DNA of 64,000 nucleotides from Eukaryota sp. TZLM1-RC. Its lineage: Eukaryota > Protista > Metamonada: BaSk clade. Of the stretch, positions 14,307 through 26,634 are shown piece by piece. The translations under genes were made by a program, and so were the position numbers. The DNA is taken from contig JAUPSS010000001.1 in NCBI GenBank assembly GCA_040285825.1, positions 124,001 to 188,000 of the forward strand, in the 5' to 3' direction. Every line of letters begins with the position of its first letter. Within the stretch, counting starts at the first letter, position 1. Under the pieces are notes generated by a model, which saw only the letters and a program-made list of their open reading frames with translations, was not told the DNA's origin and did not search any database.

Positions 14307-17300
14307 AATGGAGAGGTTGTTCTGTTCTCTCACCGCCAAACAATTGAACAGTACAGAAACTACCTGAGCCAGAATTATATTCTGAGAGGATTTTCTCTAT
14401 AACATGTTTCTCAGCATCGCCTGCTGCGACTGCCTTAAGAAATTCGATATCCTGTGGATTCTCAGCGTTATAGATTTTGCAATCTTTCTTAGCAGCCTTT
14501 AATTCGGTGCCAGTGATAAGATTCTTCAATAATAAAGTAGAGTTGGAAGGATGATCTATTACTAAAAAGGGTCCGTTCCAAGATCCATGTAATTTATTAT
14601 TCTGTTTGGTTTTACGTAGGACATAGTCACCAATATTAAATACTATAGAGCGCGAATTAGTATTGTCTACTGAAATCGGAGTATTTAATGATTGATGACG
14701 CTCTGCTTCTTCCCTTTTTTCTTGCAGACGAATATTTTTCATTTTAATATTGTCTAATAAAGGGATATTGGATTCAAATTTTGATAAGTTTCCTAATATG
14801 TTTGCAGGGTCCGATCTTGGACTAATCGTAGATCCGAACATTAGTTCGTAAGGTGTAAAACCTGTCTTTCTGCTTTTGGTGGAATTTATTAATAGTTGGG
14901 ATATGGGTACACAAGTAGACCAATTTCCATAATCATTAAAATCTATTAATTATTTCCTCAAGCATTGTAGAACGTCTCTATGTTTTCGTTCTACGAGTCC
15001 ATTACTTTCAGAGTATTGGGGTATTGAGTTACTCATCTCAGTAGCTAATCTACTACACACTATCTTAAAAGTCTCATTGGCGAACTCAGGACCATTATGA
15101 CAATGAATTAACATAGGTATGCCAAAAATTGCCCAAACGTTCCAATTTAAAGCGTCTGCGGTCTCTAAGGCATTGAGTTCCTTCAGAGGGACTAAAATTG
15201 AATATCCAGTAAAAGAATCTACAAATACTAATAAGTATTTATTACCATCACTATCAGTAATCAGAGGTCCAATTGTGTCGACATTTAATCTAGCAAAAGA
15301 ACGATCTGCCCAAAGGGAACATGTGGAAGGTGTTTTTATTCTTTTAACTCGTGCCATGTTTAGACAAGTTGGGCATCTTTTGATGTGGTTTATGAGGTCC
15401 TTTCTCATATTGGGCTAGAAAAAGTCGCTTTTGGACAGTTTATGTAGACTGTCGTTTTTTCTAGGGTGGCCTGATTAAACTAATCCATGAATTAATAGTA
15501 GAGCCTGTTTTCTGAGGCTTTTTGGAATTAAAATTTTATTTTTATTATTTTTCAAAATTTGAGTATTTTCATCCACAATTGCATTCTCAACTAGAGGGTC
15601 ATTGTTTTTTTGCAATTTGTTGTTCAGATCTTATTTTGGAGAACCAATAAGAAAAAATAGGTAAGTCCCGGTGTCTACCTAGGGATGAAATTGATGGATT
15701 GCCTTCGAAGTCCGAATCAGAATCATCATCTATAAGAGGTATCTCGTAATTCGAAATTAAAGTATATGGTATATTTATACTACATATAGAAGAAGTTTCC
15801 TCGTTTAGATCTAAATCAATATTCCTCGATAACATATCTGCCCAGTGGTTATCTTTACCTGGTTCATGGACTATATCAAAGTCGAATTCAGATAGTATCG
15901 GCAGCTATCTCTTTACAATTCTGTTTTTCTCTGGGCCTGTGGCCAGGAATGCAATATTTATGTGATCAGAGAAAATTGTTAGATGTCTAGTCAAAAGGTA
16001 GCTTTCTAAGCAACTTTCAGTTAAAATCAGAAGTATTGCGTACCTCTGCCTTTATGTCCTCTAAAATGGCCACCTCGGCCCCTACCTCTAAACCTAGATA
16101 CACGTACGACCATTACCCATGGAATTGCTCCGCTAGAGCACGTTCTCATGGTCGAAAGGCCTAATAGAATATCTTCGTCTCTTTCGGCTTGTTTTCTCAA
16201 AAGTTCCATGGTGTTCCTATTTCCTGTTGCTTGACACCAAGTTAAAAAGTGTCTTCTGGTGGTCGAAATCAGGTCTACCAAAGTTGTACCTGTTGAAGGG
16301 TCCCAGAGATGTTCTCTTGTCCAATGGCTCGCCAGCTCCTTGGTAATGGCGAAATTATCTATACCCAAGAGAAAGTATTCTGCAATGAGGGCGGGTGAGA
16401 GGGTTATTAAACCGCTGCTTCCCCTAATTGATGCAAATATAGAGTGATCAACCATGTAAGTGGTCATCCTCAGGACGTCTCCAAAATTTTCGACGAACCT
16501 ACCAAATTTGTTGTCCGCATCCATTTTGTTGTGGATGTTGCTCCAATTTATACAAGGTTATGCTAGGGCAGAGCAAGCCTCATGATATGAGGTAAATTGT
16601 GTCCTGCGTAGCAGAAAAACCATTAAATCTGCGTCTGAGAAGTCCGGTCTCAGAAGTCCTTGCCATCTAGAGATGAGATGAGGGTCAACCATGCTTGATA
16701 AGCCGGACGGACAACTACTAATCATCATACTTCTAAATAAGTCATAATGATGAATAGGAGGTACCAGACGTTTCGTCAGTTCTGGGTCGATCCTTAAAAG
16801 TGGCTGCTTCATGTCCCTATCGATTTCTTCTCTGATGTGAGATGTGAGAGATGATAAGAGCTCAGGGGTTATCTGGGTCTTTCCTTCACCAAATATCTGA
16901 GTTGCTATCAACATAGCACGAGACTAATCAGATTGACCAGGGGCTTGGAAGCTTCTATTAGCTATCTTACGCCCGTATTTATCCCATGTTTGGAACTTGA
17001 GGAGGAAGGAGATGAGAGACATCTTATTGAGTGGGTCCTTCTCAGATAGGTGAGGAGCTTTGTATTCAGCTGACCTAGGCTGAGAGTCCACATGTCTCTG
17101 AAAACTACTCGCTATACTTATGTCCAATATATTTCTTGAAGCTTGGAGGTCTTCCAAACGGAGAGGCTCCTCAGATGAAACTTTTCTACGAGGGGGTTGA
17201 GAAGGAGGTGTTTCATTTAAACTAGGTCCTCTCGACTCGACTTCGTATTCTGATGCACTAGTGAGCATAGGTAGGAACTTGATGGTTCCTGAACCACTGT

Positions 17301-18529
17301 GGTAGGTTTGTTTACTCGTTCTGTTACATCTACTGCTGGGATGTGGTCAGGGAGTACCTTGATAGAACAGACTTGTACCGGTTGCTCTTTTTCTTTTTCT
17401 GATATTATGGGGGCAATTACTGGAAGTTTTGGTCTCTGGTGGAGCGTTGATGATTGATCGCCCGTGACCAAGAATCTGAACTTCTTCTTCCTTGTTGTAG
17501 ATTCCCCGAATTGCTGAATAAAGTTATTTGGGCGGCTCCTAAATGTGGATACGCTTGAAAGTTCCGTAAGTATATTATTTAGGGCGTATGCGTCAAAGAA
17601 ATCGCTGACGGGTTCCAACTTACTTGGATTTATGCTGTCTGCTTGTTCCATATATTCTCTGAAACAAGTAAAGGCCCCGTCCGTTACCTCTGAGTAGTAT
17701 GGATGATCGTATCAAAGTATTAGTCTATCCATGCCGGCAATTTGGTTTCCAGGATGTTGTCGGTATCGGTTCTGCTCCTTCGTTCGATGGCCAAGAACCT
17801 GATCCTTCTCGCGAACTGGTCCAAGTGAATGGCTTCCCAATCAGGTCTATCTTTGATTGGTTTTGCCAGAATCACATGGGTTTCTCTATCCATACCGGTT
17901 ATCCTAGGACGGCGTTCTGCCCCGCGTCCATAGGTTTCTCTACTCAAAGTGTGCAACGCGTTAATAAGTTCCCTTCTCTCATTTTGAGGGAATTCGTAGA
18001 CTCTATTAGGGTCCCCTTTATGGCCCAGAGTCTGGAATCCCACATTTCTACCAGATTTTGTCATTTGCTTCCAAAGGGGAAGGAGCTGCTCAAACAAACA
18101 GTAATCTGTTGGTTCAAGGTGGGCTTCCGCGTCCTTCATTATCTGTTGGCGAAGCTCCTTCTCTTTGTCGTCCATTTCTTCTAAGACGGACTGAAGTTCT
18201 TCGTAGTCCTTTAGAGCAGACGAAGTATCTGAGCTTAACCCAACATTTTCTTTAGGTGAGGCGGGAGGTCGTTCCGTGCCTGGTCCCATTGGTTTCTCTT
18301 GAAGGAGGGCGGAGGGTGGTCTCGAGCCCGAATCCTCACTCTTTACTTCTTCTCCTATTGTTGTGAATGTATTATATACATCTCTGTCGTGCTGTTGCAT
18401 GAAAATCTTAAAAGAGTCAGTGTTCTGCCGAGGAGAGACTGACATGATATCTGCTGAAGATATCCGCTGAATAAAAAGCTGTAAGTTGTGTAAGCGGTAT
18501 ACCTATAACCTAATATGGCCAATAATCAT

Positions 18530-18610
18530 TGTTGCCTTAGGTTGCAAAAGTGGTTGAGATAAAGATAATTTATTTTCTATTCAAATTATAAAAGCCTAAG
18601 GGCGCCAACA
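18530..18610 (-). repeat. 5' LTR (81 bp), TGTTG...CAACA termini
   Basis: Inverted termini; followed on the + strand by TSD CCAC. Confidence 0.9.
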
Positions 18611-19249
18611 CCACGGATCCACGCTTTTTGGCAGATTTTGAAATGATTGTAAAGACAAAAACTAACAGAAATTTCAGCAGATTGTTTTGTTAAAATGCAA
18701 TTGTGTTTTCTTTTTTAAGGGGATGATGAAGATGGTTTCTGATGCTTTGCTTTCTTTTGGATCTCATTACGAAAGGGTTGCATCTAGCTGTTTTGTTTTG
18801 GGAAAGATGGATTACTTTGATGTGGATTTATAAGTTTTCTGATAAATAAATATATTTCAAATGTTTATTATATTAATTATTGAAAGGCTGAAGCATCGTG
18901 AATTAATTGCCACATTCAATAAGCTAACGACCTTGTTGATGTAGCTTTAATTTTTTTATCCTTTTTAGTACATTTTCTTTCTTTGATTCAAAACATTTTG
19001 GATTACTTTTTTGAGAAATTCAATTTTTCACAAACATGCAATCAAGACTTTTTTTTATTTGTTTATTTTATTTTTTTTGATTAATTTTATCGTATTATTT
19101 CCTGCTGGTACGATGAAACCGCACCAATAATCGATACTAAAAAAATGTACCAATGTATTTCAATTGAAAAGAAAGAATAATTCAAAATCTGATATTCAAC
19201 ACCTCCTCAAAATTGCAGTTTAATCCAAAAAATCCAAATTCAAACTCCT

Positions 19250-19520
19250 TCAAAGTCTAAATAGAGTATCATACAGACACTTCAAAGTTCTCCCACTTGT
19301 CATTTCAATATTTGCTACTTTTGGAAACGAAGGTTCAATAATTCTGGTAAAATTTCTTAAGGAGAGTAGTCGTACAATTGATTTCCTGATTTAGCAAAAC
19401 AGAATTGTATTTTCGTTATTGAAAGCTTTTCTTCGGTATATTGATCCATTTTAATAACAATACGGAGACCAATAAGAAGCGATTTGATGTTGTCAAATTG
19501 AGTTGAGAAAGTGATGGGTG
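19250..19520 (+). mobile_element. Degraded RLE retrotransposon 3' end
   Basis: Frame reads ..FGNEG...QNRIVFSLLKAF, similar to the WQNRIVFS end of other copies. Confidence 0.5.
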
Positions 19521-19553
19521 AAGGATCAATTCTTATGTCATAATTATTAGCTT

Positions 19554-21218
19554 ATGCGGCGCTCCTCCTCATGCAACCTTCCATGTAAAAGGGCTGCAGT
19601 TGGCCCCTCTCCAATCTCTGAAACATCTTCAAAAACAAATATAGAGCTTAAACTGCGTTCTTTGTTGACCAAGAAAGCAGTACTTCCCACTGTTGCTTCT
19701 AAGAACAATGCCACACGTCCACCAGCTTCTTTTTCTTCTTCTTTCCCTACTGATGGTGAAGACACTACTCAAGATCCAAATTCTCTCTCATCTCAACTGT
19801 TTTCCGGTATGCCTTCAACCACTCCTCCCGTCTCTCATTATGACACTCTCAATACCCTCAAAGGTAAGCATTGGTCTGAAAAGAATCTCTCTGAAATGAC
19901 ACCTAGAGATTGGCGTATTGTCAGAGAAGACTTTTCTATCAGAGTTAAAGGCAATGTTCCTTTCCCTATTCGCTCCTGGTCTGATCTCACCCTCTCCCCT
20001 CCTCTTTTAGATACCTTGCTCTCCTTCAACTTTCTCAAACCCACGCCTATCCAGATGCAAGCTATCCCTGTAATCACTAACACCTCCAACGACCTTGTTG
20101 CAGTTGCTAAGACAGGCAGTGGTAAAACGTTATCCTACCTCTGTCCAGTGATTAATCACATCCTAAATAGACCACCTATTACTATCCAGAACGCGGACAT
20201 TGGACCTTTTGTGGTAATTTTGGCACCAACACGAGAGCTTGCCCAGCAAATTCATAAAGAAGCCGAAAAATTTTCGAGTAGGTTAAATTTAATTTGTTCC
20301 TTGTTAATAGGTGGCCAGTCTCTTGAAAAACAATGTGTTTCTCTTTCTTCTGGTGTGCACTTAGTAATTGCCACCCCAGGAAGACTCAAAGATGCACTTT
20401 CTAGAAGGTATTTAGTACTCTCTCAGTGTGATTTGGTCGTTTTAGATGAATGTGACAAGATGATTGCAATGGGGTTCTTCGATCAAGTAGAGGAGATTTT
20501 GCAATACATTCCTGCTTCAAACACCGAATCCTTCAATTATGACGGCAACCAGCCACGATTTAGACGAACTTTGATGTTTTCCGCGACGTTTCCTCCATCT
20601 CTTGAAGAAATTGCTTCTTCTTTCCTTAGAGAGCCATTTTACCTGGCTGTTGGACGGGTAGGAAAAGTGAGTGACACAATTGAACAAAGGGTCATCTGGG
20701 CTAATGGTGAAGAGGAAAAGAAAAGGGAATTTATTAAGATATTAAAGCAATTCAAGGGAAAATCAATTGTGGTTTTTGTCAATACCAAACGTACCACTGA
20801 TTTATTAGCAAAGTTTATTAGATCAGAAGGGTTTTCTTCGTGTTCGGTTCATGGCAGTAAAGTCCAAGAGCAAAGGGAATCTGTTATGCAAAGGTTCAAA
20901 GAAGGTAAGTTTGAAGTTCTTGTTGCGACTGACTTGGCTGGTAGGGGGTTGGATATTTCTTTAATTGAACTAGTTATTAATTATGAAATGCCTCGGTTTA
21001 TTGATGATTATGTTCATAGAATTGGTAGGACGGGGAGAGCGGGAAGGAAAGGAACGGCAATCAGTTTGATTGGTCAAGAGGATTCTGATCTATTTTATGA
21101 CCTAAAGAAGATGTTGCAGGAGTGTGACCAACACGTACCTCCTCAATTGGCTCATCACGAAGCCAGCAATGTGTTTTGTGGAATTGGGGCAAGAACAAGT
21201 AAGTTCTTCACTGGTTGA
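19554..21218 (+). CDS. DDX23: DEAD-box RNA helicase DDX23/Prp28 (U5 snRNP)
   Basis: HWSEK.L.EMT.RDWRI.REDF.I Prp28 signature; AKTGSGKT, DECD, SAT and HRIGRTGRAG. Confidence 0.93.
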   Translation: MRRSSSCNLPCKRAAVGPSPISETSSKTNIELKLRSLLTKKAVLPTVASKNNATRPPASFSSSFPTDGEDTTQDPNSLSSQLFSGMPSTTPPVSHYDTLNTLKGKHWSEKNLSEMTPRDWRIVREDFSIRVKGNVPFPIRSWSDLTLSPPLLDTLLSFNFLKPTPIQMQAIPVITNTSNDLVAVAKTGSGKTLSYLCPVINHILNRPPITIQNADIGPFVVILAPTRELAQQIHKEAEKFSSRLNLICSLLIGGQSLEKQCVSLSSGVHLVIATPGRLKDALSRRYLVLSQCDLVVLDECDKMIAMGFFDQVEEILQYIPASNTESFNYDGNQPRFRRTLMFSATFPPSLEEIASSFLREPFYLAVGRVGKVSDTIEQRVIWANGEEEKKREFIKILKQFKGKSIVVFVNTKRTTDLLAKFIRSEGFSSCSVHGSKVQEQRESVMQRFKEGKFEVLVATDLAGRGLDISLIELVINYEMPRFIDDYVHRIGRTGRAGRKGTAISLIGQEDSDLFYDLKKMLQECDQHVPPQLAHHEASNVFCGIGARTSKFFTG

Positions 21219-21250
21219 TTTAGTAAAGATTGGTAATTAACGATTTTTCA

Positions 21251-22083
21251 GGGACGTATGTAAATCCACCGTTGGATTGAAAGTTCAAAACAACATGATT
21301 GCTGCTATACACTATTGACCTAAACTATTGACCTAAATCCTGAAAATGCTTGAATGGTTACTATGTCATATGTCTTCTTTCAGTTCAGCTTTGCGAATCT
21401 CAACCCTGAACTACATGAGCATTATCTGATGATCAATTCTTTTAAACATGAAGTTTCTTCAATCTTGATGGGTAGTTGAAAGGAAGTAGAAATGTGATTC
21501 ACAGATCCATTCTTGAGTTCTTGTGACCTCCTCCACTATACCTTTCTCATTTCTTCTTCATTTCGGGCATCGAAGGAGCTTGGAGTGGTGCCAAAAAACT
21601 TTGGTAAAAATCTGTGTTTGAACGCGCTCAAGTTGGACCAATAGTGGAAGCCGCATGTCCCTAGCTTCATCGTTGTGTATCTTCAATAAAACCATGGTTT
21701 CTGCTCTAAACAGTGTAACAAGGGAGTAACATTAGACAGTCTGTCAAAAATCATGGATGCTTGTGATTTTGGGCAACGCTGAAGTTTGTGTAGCAGAGAT
21801 GCAATGTGGACTGCCCTATTGTGACTGCAGTCAAAGGGATAAGAGGTTGTTGGACTGGTTATTCAACATTAATCATTCATTAAGGATGAATCACCACAGT
21901 AGCAGATTTTCTCAATGCAGTTATGAGTAAATCTTGAGGAAGCAAGGCGTTTACTATGAAGAGAATTGGAACCACCAATCAGTTTTTGATTGCAATCACA
22001 AAATAGGGATCTACGTGTAGAAAAGGGAAGAAACTATCTTTTGATTTTGAATTTTCAATCAAATGGTGGATTTACACGGCCCC
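21251..22083. mobile_element. Non-autonomous TIR DNA transposon (~830 bp, ~40-bp imperfect TIRs; possibly MULE-like)
   Basis: Left GGGACGTATGTAAATCCACCGTTGGATTGAAAGTTCAAAA versus reverse complement of the right end GGGGCCGTGTAAATCCACCATTTGATTGAAAATTCAAAA; internal minus-strand remnant CGFHYWSN resembles the MULE CxxH motif; no clean TSD. Confidence 0.7.
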
Positions 22084-22437
22084 TATTTTTATTTTATTTT
22101 ATTTTATTTTATTAATTTTTTAAATTATCAAAATTTTTCTGATTTAATTATTAAACAAGGTGAACCTTAGGACCTTTGTTCTTTTGCCTAATTTTGGATT
22201 GATTTTCAAATAATTCAATAACAATTTCTCAATATTCAACATTACTTGGAGTTTTCCAAAACTGGTTAAATGATAAGGTATATGCCTCTCTATTAATTTA
22301 TCTAATTCTCAAGTGATTTGTAAGACCAGATGTATTGACTCTTTTCTTCTTTGTGTTGATTGTTTTAATTAAAAATTAATTAAAATTCAATTTCTTGGTG
22401 CTGACAATTGCAAATTTTTTTCTATTTTAATTCAACT

Positions 22438-23358
22438 TTATACATTATAAACAGGATTTGAAACTGCATTTGACATTTCTTTGATACCTTGTCTCCTATC
22501 TCTATTTGCTAACTGCTTATTCACCTGGTAAAACAGCAACCAAATGACACCACCAACAAAAAACACTATTGCCCCGATTTCCTTTACTCGTTGTAAAGTC
22601 AAGGCTCTTGAAACACGAACTTCTACTTCTTGAGGATATGATTGTTCATCAGCGCCTTTCACAACGATAAACCCCTCTTCATCAAGATCAATGACACATG
22701 AAGCATCACTGTAGTAATTGCAAATCTCCTTGCATGAAGAGACATCATGTACATCCAAATGAAAAGTAAGATCAGCATCAACATGTCCCCCTGAAGATGA
22801 AGTGTAAGCAAATGTGTATAACTCACTTTCGGATACAACAAGACTTCCTTTCCTCATCTCATACTCGTAGGGTCGAAAATCCGTGTTTCCTGAAATCCAA
22901 TATGCCAACTCTTGTAAAGATTTAATCGTCAAGAAAGAAGCATCGGCAATGGTAATATCTGTATCAACTTGGGATCCTTGGTTTAAATAAAATGAATCAA
23001 ATCTTTTGTTTTTAAAATTGTCATGTTTAAATCTCAATGTAAATGGAGAAACAGAATAAGTATTGAGGTTTCCATGACACAGATAACCGTATCCAGCAGT
23101 AAGACCATTGAACCAAACAGATCGAGCATAGTCTGAACGATAGTTATTCAAAGGAACAGTAGACCACGGAAGCAGTGCAAAGTCAAAGTCAGGCATCCCT
23201 ATAGAATCAAAGAAACTGTGTGCAGTGATGAAGAGTATGATCCCTATGGTAATTGACAAACATATACCAGATGCCTGCCATCCAAGTTGTTTGACATCCT
23301 CTTGAACGTCCTCTTCAGTGTAAGCACCTATTTGGCCAATCTGCTTTGAGGGAGCCAT
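22438..23358 (-). CDS. Two-TM membrane protein resembling the APD1-4 E3-ligase lumenal domains (DUF4792/DUF4793), without a RING
   Basis: N- and C-terminal hydrophobic helices; FYLNQGSQV, L..W, Y.F.Y and D...C...C pattern recalled from APD2-like proteins. Confidence 0.55.
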   Translation of the reverse strand: MAPSKQIGQIGAYTEEDVQEDVKQLGWQASGICLSITIGIILFITAHSFFDSIGMPDFDFALLPWSTVPLNNYRSDYARSVWFNGLTAGYGYLCHGNLNTYSVSPFTLRFKHDNFKNKRFDSFYLNQGSQVDTDITIADASFLTIKSLQELAYWISGNTDFRPYEYEMRKGSLVVSESELYTFAYTSSSGGHVDADLTFHLDVHDVSSCKEICNYYSDASCVIDLDEEGFIVVKGADEQSYPQEVEVRVSRALTLQRVKEIGAIVFFVGGVIWLLFYQVNKQLANRDRRQGIKEMSNAVSNPVYNV

Positions 23359-24014
23359 TACGGATATTTTATGGATAACTTCTACTTACAATGGAATAAG
23401 TATTTTCACCTTAAAGTCATTTTCTGTTCTCTCAATCTCAATAGAAATCACCACGCTCTTCCTATATGTCCATTCCTCTCCATCGTCAGCTCATTCACAA
23501 TCCAACTTTCCTCTTCTCTTAGACTCTGTCAAAATGGTTGATCAGAGTTGATCTTATTGCCTCAATTACTTAAAGTTTGTACGTTGTCTATAAATTTAAA
23601 ATTACCAGAGATTTTTCAGTTACCATTTGGTGAAAATTGTTTGGAATTGTTTTGGTCAAATTTCATTACCATATTAATTCTAAAAATTTGTTATTTCAAT
23701 CTCTTACCATTCTTTCCAGAATTTCATTGATGTCTTCTTCTCGACATCTTCTCTCTTCTGTGACAGCAATTAATTTCTTCACTTCACACAATTATTCATT
23801 CAATAGTAAGTTGTTTGTCGTTTTTATTTGAGGAATTGATTTCAACTTTGCAACGCTCCACTGGTTTATTAGTCAATTCGAATCAAATCAAAATTTAAAT
23901 TCTGAATTTGTATTCATTGATAAAATAGATGTCTTCCATTCATATTATTAAATTGTTTCACTTAAATAAAGTTTGATTTCCATTTTTAAATATTTTCTAT
24001 TCAATCCATCATAA

Positions 24015-24920
24015 TGTATTTATTGAATTTGCACACTTAATTAAATCAACTCGTAACTAATGGGACGACTATCATTGAACCAAGATTTCCTCTACAAAAT
24101 CTTGATCTGCTTGCTGTCTAGCTAAAGCTTCTCTAATTCGATTGAAAAACCGATGTAATCTATTAATAATGGCAAATTGAATCCGTGAACGCCATAAAAA
24201 AATATCAAATCTTTTCATTGTTTCTCCTTGCACCATTTTTTGGAAGTCATCCAAAAAAGTTTCTGCTTCAACTGATAATCTTCCATTTATCGAAAATGGG
24301 AAAGCAATAAAAACCAGCTGTGTATTTCTATCGACATTAGCCTCTTCGATATCTTTATCATATTTTCTATGTTTCTCTTTTGCTTTAAAATCCAGAGCAT
24401 CCACAGGATTAGGTTTTCTTCTGTGAACCAAAGCATCATTTGCAACATAACATGAGACAAAGTCAACAATAGCTTCAGAATTATCAATCCAATCACAGTA
24501 TACATCACCTCTATCATTAGAACGAAAATTATTCAGAGAAAGTGTTTCCTTCAGCAGGGGCTCTTTGATACACGATATCCTTGCAGTTTGTGCCATATTC
24601 AAAACAGTGTCTCTAACAGCATCATGTAATGAAGAACGATATGTTATCAATTTAGAGCAATTTAGAGCATGGCGCAAAGTGAGCTGAGGTGAATTCGAAC
24701 AAATACATTTTTTTTTTGATAATAATTGATTAATGGGGATGTTCAAATATAATCTCATTTATGTTACAAATGCTTCATTAGTGGCACACAATCCAAATCT
24801 TCGTGGTACAATGGTTACAAAAAGTGAAGAATCTGACGACTTGTTTTGAGAACACCCTTTTCCAATAACAATGAGTGAAGATCTTGATTTAAAACAGCCG
24901 AGCTGCATACATTATCTATA
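24015..24920 (-). mobile_element. RLE non-LTR retrotransposon 3' fragment (same family as 12099-14306)
   Basis: Near-identical RLE ORF 24072-24758 and shared 3' UTR GTGTGCAAATTCAATAAAT. Confidence 0.9.
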
Positions 24921-24984
24921 ACAACATATATGTTTTCTTTATTGAACTAAAACACTTAATAAAATAAAATCAGAACTAATGGGA

Positions 24985-25135
24985 CTAAATTCAATCAAAA
25001 ATCGTCATCGTTTTCCTTAAACCAATTTTTGGAAATCATTCAAAAAAGTTCCTGATTTTACTGATAGTCTTTCGTTTATGGAAAATGGGAAAGCAATAAA
25101 AACTAGTGGTCTGTTTCTATCAGCATTAACCTCTT
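24985..25135 (-). mobile_element. Short diverged RLE fragment
   Basis: Similar to 24235-24345 (FIAFPFSIN..LSV...TFL.DFQK). Confidence 0.6.
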
Positions 25136-25374
25136 CCGCCACAACAGCTTTTGCGGGCCAACAAACAAAACAGCTAATGTAGCCATAATGTTGTCCAGCT
25201 GATCCACGTGTACATTTTTTAATTAGACTATTTTTTCAAACGGTGATTCTTTGCGGTTCATGTTCACCCAGAAAGCAAGAGAAACATTCAGTCGCACGAC
25301 TAAAACGTAACTTGAGTCGAGACGTGTCTCTGGAAATTATGATTCTTCTAATTCTTTTTTTAATGTCATTTATT

Positions 25375-25715
25375 TTTATTCAACAACAAATATGAAATAC
25401 ACAATTAAAACTCCACATCCTCAAACCTGCCTCCCCTACATCAAAACAAGTAATTGCTAAAGATTCAGAAAATTTCCCAAAAGAAGATAGTGAATCAGAA
25501 ATTAGTTTTACCATTCCCTTAAAAATAGAAAATACAATCCTGTTTTGCCAGTAAACACAATTAAAAATTCTTCCAGTTTTTTCCTTTACAACAACAACAA
25601 AATCCTCAAGGAAAGCCATAGCAGCCTTACCTAGAGATCCAAGCAAAGAAAAAACAAATGGACATAAATTATATTGGGCATGAGAATTTTCATTAACCGA
25701 GGAAATGGGTTTCTT
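25375..25715 (-). mobile_element. RLE non-LTR retrotransposon 3' end (family of 47760-48795)
   Basis: LGSLGKAAMAFLEDF..WQNRIVFSIFKG. Confidence 0.85.
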
Positions 25716-26129
25716 CTAATTCTGAAAGGAAAAAAATGTATTGTCCATATAAAAACTGATCCACAGCGAAAACCACGGTTACCAGTAGATCAGCAGCCCA
25801 ATCATGTGTGGAAACATGCAGCGTGGTGCAAGAGAAAAACTTAGAAGGAATAAGTTTGATCTTTTTAGACTTGGCAATCGATTCCGCTTCCGTTTCCACT
25901 TTTGTCTTCCACTTGCATTACCACATTCTCATGAATTGATTCCAAACAGCCTATTTACGTTTATTCAGATCCAGAGTGAAGTTAACCATTACTGACCTCG
26001 ACAGTGTTGTAGTAATTGGTCGAAGTGGTTTGTTATTGATTAATTCATTGAAGTATTTCTTATGTAGGTGTAAACAAATCATTTTACTGACAATTAATTA
26101 TATAAAAAACTAATTCAACTACCTATTTT

Positions 26130-26422
26130 TTACTTCAGTGTTTCAAGTATTTGAATTTGATCGTTTTTTAACCATACCTTCAGCTCAGATAAGTTTTCTA
26201 ATAAAAGTGATGACATTCTGGAACGTTTGGATATTTGAATGGAGCCAGCGACTGAAAAGAAGGATACACAAGAACTGTTGCTGCTGGGGTTGCTAGAAAA
26301 TTCAAAGTCAGAGGAAATAATTTTGGAAAACCACCTTTGTTGTCTTTCCACCATTCAATAGGATGAGTACTCAAATGAACTGTTCCTTCAGATGAATATT
26401 TGTCAAGCTCATCAACATGCAC
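26130..26422 (-). mobile_element. hAT transposase C-terminal dimerisation domain remnant
   Basis: ELDKY..PIEWWK...FPKL....L.TPA[fs]..FS.AG.....RSRM...LE.L..LK.W. Confidence 0.8.
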
Positions 26423-26634
26423 TAATCAATCAACATGTACAATTCCAAACAGGGGATGTTGTTTTCTTTGGCGAAGTTAGTGTTGCTGAAGACGTTAGAA
26501 GGAATTCTTCATTATCTGATACATCAGCAGTAACGTGAATATGCAGGTTCAGTTACAAGTGAATATAGACAATATGTTTCCATTTCCATTTCCATTTTGA
26601 AATAAAAATAAAAATATGGAAATTCATTCTACAT

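Larger units (their letters stand above)
11751..18610 (-). mobile_element. Ty3/Gypsy (chromodomain-bearing) LTR retrotransposon, non-autonomous (protease/RT deleted), 81-bp LTRs, 4-bp TSD CCAC
   Basis: Direct repeats 11751-11831 and 18530-18610; PPT GAAAAAGGGGAAGAAGCAG next to the 3' LTR; broken gag-like ORFs 18445-16027; RNaseH end (FSDH..FDIVHEPGKDNHWADMLSR); integrase (H.G..C..C, DTIGP, DSF, NG.VER, GPF) and chromodomain. Confidence 0.93.
11352..18850 (+). mobile_element. CRE-like RLE non-LTR retrotransposon 3' fragment (11352-11750 plus 18611-18850) split by the Gypsy insertion
   Basis: RSKVHDAVRDQLYCMCKSHRIESFLEP..LLDVMSVDPC; the two halves rejoin to match uninterrupted copies near 47450 and 62340. 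Confidence 0.85.

Noticed and set aside
16558-16926. In-frame TAA/TAG in the Gypsy gag and TGA in Fanzor as evidence of an alternative genetic code
   Set aside because: Conserved host genes have no in-frame stops and end with TAA, TAG or TGA. The stops occur only in decayed elements.
18600-18607. TGGCGCCC (tRNA-Lys PBS-like) on the minus strand
   Set aside because: It lies inside the LTR 5' terminus, not downstream of the LTR where a PBS must be.
21199-21223. Possible 25-nt intron GTAAGT...GATTTAG at the DDX23 3' end
   Set aside because: The branch A would be at -6 rather than -7, and the ORF already ends acceptably; unsupported without RNA-seq.
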